A program made the position numbers and the translations under genes. This document shows, in pieces, positions 24,048 to 25,894 of a stretch of DNA of 25,894 nucleotides (position 1 is its first letter; every line of letters begins with the position of its first letter). The stretch comes from a virus (Duplodnaviria; Caudoviricetes): the IMG/VR virus record IMGVR_UViG_3300037463_000010, positions 1-25,894 of that record. The stretch is one strand, 5' to 3'. The notes below the pieces were generated by a model. That model searched no databases and was not told the DNA's origin. It worked only from the letters and a program-made list of their open reading frames with translations.

Positions 24048-24385
24048 GCAGTTACCTTCGCGCACCCTTGCTTTTGCGCCTCGCGGACCTTCTGCATGAA
24101 CGCATCGGCCTGCGAATAGGTGTGGTGCTGATGGGCGTCCACGGCCGCGATAAGGTCGCGGAGGTCTGGCGCGGCGCGGTTCAGGCTGGCGAGGTCGCCG
24201 AACTGCTCGAAGGGCGTGGGACAGGAGCATCCGCTGTCCTGTTGCCAGTAGACTGTTCCATCCGTATGCCGCCACGCAACAATGGTGTCATAGTCGTAAT
24301 GAGCCTGACTATCCTCCAACTCCGCTATCACAATCAGCCCGAACTTCTCCGGGTTGTAATACACGTTCGCTGGCTCGTCTAACAT
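24044..24385 (-). CDS. Small phage protein with DSGCSCP motif; paralogue of 703..1059
   Basis: AGGAGG RBS; VYWQQDSGCSCPTPFE. Confidence 0.85.
   Translation of the reverse strand: MLDEPANVYYNPEKFGLIVIAELEDSQAHYDYDTIVAWRHTDGTVYWQQDSGCSCPTPFEQFGDLASLNRAAPDLRDLIAAVDAHQHHTYSQADAFMQKVREAQKQGCAKVTA
24138..24188. repeat. 51-bp inverted repeat, copy 2 (partner 918-968)
   Basis: 49/51 identity to the reverse complement of 918-968. Confidence 0.9.
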
Positions 24386-24401
24386 GATGTGCCTCCTAGA
24401 C

Positions 24402-24596
24402 CTATCTTGACACGCTGTTCAGGTACTCCCCGATGGCCTGTGCCTCTGCCAGCTTCTGCCGCCTCAGACGGTCCATGAGGGTAGCAAACGCCCTCCGCTG
24501 CTCGTAGGACGGGCGGCAGGCTTCAAACTGCGCCACCACCTCAGCGAGCGGCACGGCCTCCGTCTCCTCCTTCACGATGATGGTGGTTCGGCCCAC
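24402..24596 (-). CDS. Hypothetical protein (64 aa)
   Basis: Fills the gap in the operon; GGAG/AGGA upstream of GTG. Confidence 0.65.
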   Translation of the reverse strand: MGRTTIIVKEETEAVPLAEVVAQFEACRPSYEQRRAFATLMDRLRRQKLAEAQAIGEYLNSVSR

Positions 24597-24611
24597 GGTC
24601 CTACTGCTCCT

Positions 24612-24869
24612 CTACTCGCCCGCGAACGTCGCGTGTCCCTCGAAGACAACAAGTACGCGGCCCGGCACGCGGTCAGGGTGTATCCGCATCTCGATCTCGT
24701 TGAGCGGCCATCGGTCTGCCGGGTCTTCCTGCTGCTGTGCATCGTCCCGGAACACATCCCAATCAGCCTTTGAGACTTCGATGTACTCCGGCAGCCCCTC
24801 GAACTGATGACAGGTGGTCTTCAGCTCGCGCTGAATGCTGTCTACGTTCACGGTCTTCCACTGGCTCAT
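24612..24869 (-). CDS. Hypothetical protein (85 aa)
   Basis: GGGAG RBS; operon packing. Confidence 0.7.
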   Translation of the reverse strand: MSQWKTVNVDSIQRELKTTCHQFEGLPEYIEVSKADWDVFRDDAQQQEDPADRWPLNEIEMRIHPDRVPGRVLVVFEGHATFAGE

Positions 24870-24872
24870 GGC

Positions 24873-25190
24873 CTACTCCCTCACTCCGTTGATGCGCTGC
24901 TGAACCTGCGTGACCGCCCATTCCTCCATGCGGCTGCCGGGGTACTTCTCGCCGTGCGCCACCGCCCAAAGCGTCGGAGAGTGCGGCAGGCCCGCCTTCA
25001 CCGCCTCCGTGGTGTGCAGAATGTCGTGATCCACCGTCATGCGCCACACCGCCTCATCGTCCGCGCCGTACCCGAGCCGTTGGGCCGTCTCCCGCTGGGC
25101 CGAATAGTCCGGCATGGCGACACACACCGCGCCGTCCGCGAAGACGGTCTCGATGCGCCTGGCCTCCGGGTCTATGCGGATGGTAATCAC
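24873..25190 (-). CDS. Hypothetical protein (105 aa; HDILH...EE possible metal-binding motif)
   Basis: GTGA coupling to the upstream gene. Confidence 0.7.
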   Translation of the reverse strand: MITIRIDPEARRIETVFADGAVCVAMPDYSAQRETAQRLGYGADDEAVWRMTVDHDILHTTEAVKAGLPHSPTLWAVAHGEKYPGSRMEEWAVTQVQQRINGVRE

Positions 25191-25624
25191 GACACCGGCT
25201 CCACGCCCGCGGATCTCAAGGCGGCGAGGCAGATGGCCCGGCGGCGGCGCTCCCCGCTCGTTGTCTGCCCTATCGCATCCACCCGGCCGTGTACCGCGTT
25301 AGGGCTGTCCCGCCAGTCGTAATCGTCGCAGTTCTTGGCATAGCTGTACGGCAGGACGGTGCAGGTCCAATCCCCGTTGTAGCAGGAGAGGTCCACGCAG
25401 TTGACGCCCTCCTCGTCACCTTCGGCTATGCGGTCCAGCACGGCATCAGCGTCTGCATCGTCGTTCAGCGGGTCTGGGAGCCACCACCACGGGTCATCCG
25501 GCCCGTTGCCGCGCTCGTCCTTCACGCGGGCGCAGCGGCTGCCGTCTGGCCTGCGGGCGCATCGCTCGTCCCACGTCCAGCCCAGCAGCCGCGCCAGATG
25601 CTCGCGGATCTCGTGATCGGTCAC
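25187..25624 (-). CDS. Phage ABA-sandwich-like protein
   Basis: LARLLGW...LPDPLNDDADADAVL...RAICLAAL; GGAGG RBS. Confidence 0.7.
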   Translation of the reverse strand: MTDHEIREHLARLLGWTWDERCARRPDGSRCARVKDERGNGPDDPWWWLPDPLNDDADADAVLDRIAEGDEEGVNCVDLSCYNGDWTCTVLPYSYAKNCDDYDWRDSPNAVHGRVDAIGQTTSGERRRRAICLAALRSAGVEPVS

Positions 25625-25894
25625 GCTACCCTCCTGAAGCAGTCCACGCCGCCGCTCGCGAGGCGGCAGTTACAATTCGTGAGGCATTGAGTCGCCCCGG
25701 CCGATGGCGTCGTTGGCAGGCTCGCCTTCGTGTACGGGCCGTTGCGGGCCAGCCGCGGGCAGTCCGAACACGACTTCTCCGGCGCACCTAAGCGCCAGTG
25801 AATCAGCGCGTCATCATCCAGCGACAGCACGAACGTCTCAGACGCCGTGCCCAACAGCCGGTCCGCGTACATCCGCATCCTGGCCTTCACCGCG
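25621..25894 (-). CDS. C-terminus of a minor head (Mu gpF/SPP1 gp7-like) protein, partial
   Basis: WRLGAPEKSCSDCPRLA..GPY....LP..P.AGATQCLTNCNCRL; upstream of the protease gene. Confidence 0.75.
   Translation of the reverse strand, partial: AVKARMRMYADRLLGTASETFVLSLDDDALIHWRLGAPEKSCSDCPRLARNGPYTKASLPTTPSAGATQCLTNCNCRLASGGVDCFRRVA

Larger units (their letters stand above)
1..25894. mobile_element. Tailed phage/prophage segment (siphovirus-type morphogenesis module plus accessory genes)
   Basis: Canonical order of protease/scaffold, decoration protein, capsid, adaptor, stopper, gp10-like, terminator, tube, chaperone, tape measure, hub and fibres. Many ATGA/GTGA/TAATG gene overlaps. Confidence 0.95.

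Noticed and set aside
1-25894. CRISPR array or rRNA
   Set aside because: No regularly spaced repeats or rRNA-like sequence observed.

Overview
The whole window is part of a high-GC tailed-phage or prophage genome with siphovirus-like gene order. Most of it is a minus-strand virion morphogenesis module. In transcription order it runs: Mu-F-like minor head protein (partial), small inserted genes, prohead protease/scaffold fusion, head decoration protein, lambda gpE-like major capsid protein, membrane/holin-like genes, large accessory proteins (including an SGNH-type esterase), head-tail adaptor, stopper, gp10-like protein, tail terminator, tail tube, tail chaperone with -1 frameshift, tape measure, hub and tail-tip/fibre genes. 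A ~4 kb more AT-rich accessory block (6200-10094) interrupts the tail operon. It carries dinD, an HTH-T5orf172 nuclease-like gene, an ImmA/IrrE peptidase, a zinc-finger gene, an excisionase-like HTH gene and membrane proteins. Small plus-strand genes at the left end converge on a bidirectional terminator. The most unusual items are: (1) a ~100-nt CCA-ending tRNA-like RNA with a GNRA tetraloop where the anticodon loop should be; (2) inverted paralogues flanking the morphogenesis module; (3) an apparent frameshift in the tape-measure C-terminus; (4) a junction fusing two truncated convergent genes; (5) a promoter-leader-terminator in front of the head genes. No integrase, terminase, portal or recognisable endolysin lies in the window. 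All family assignments come from motif recognition and gene order, not from database searches.
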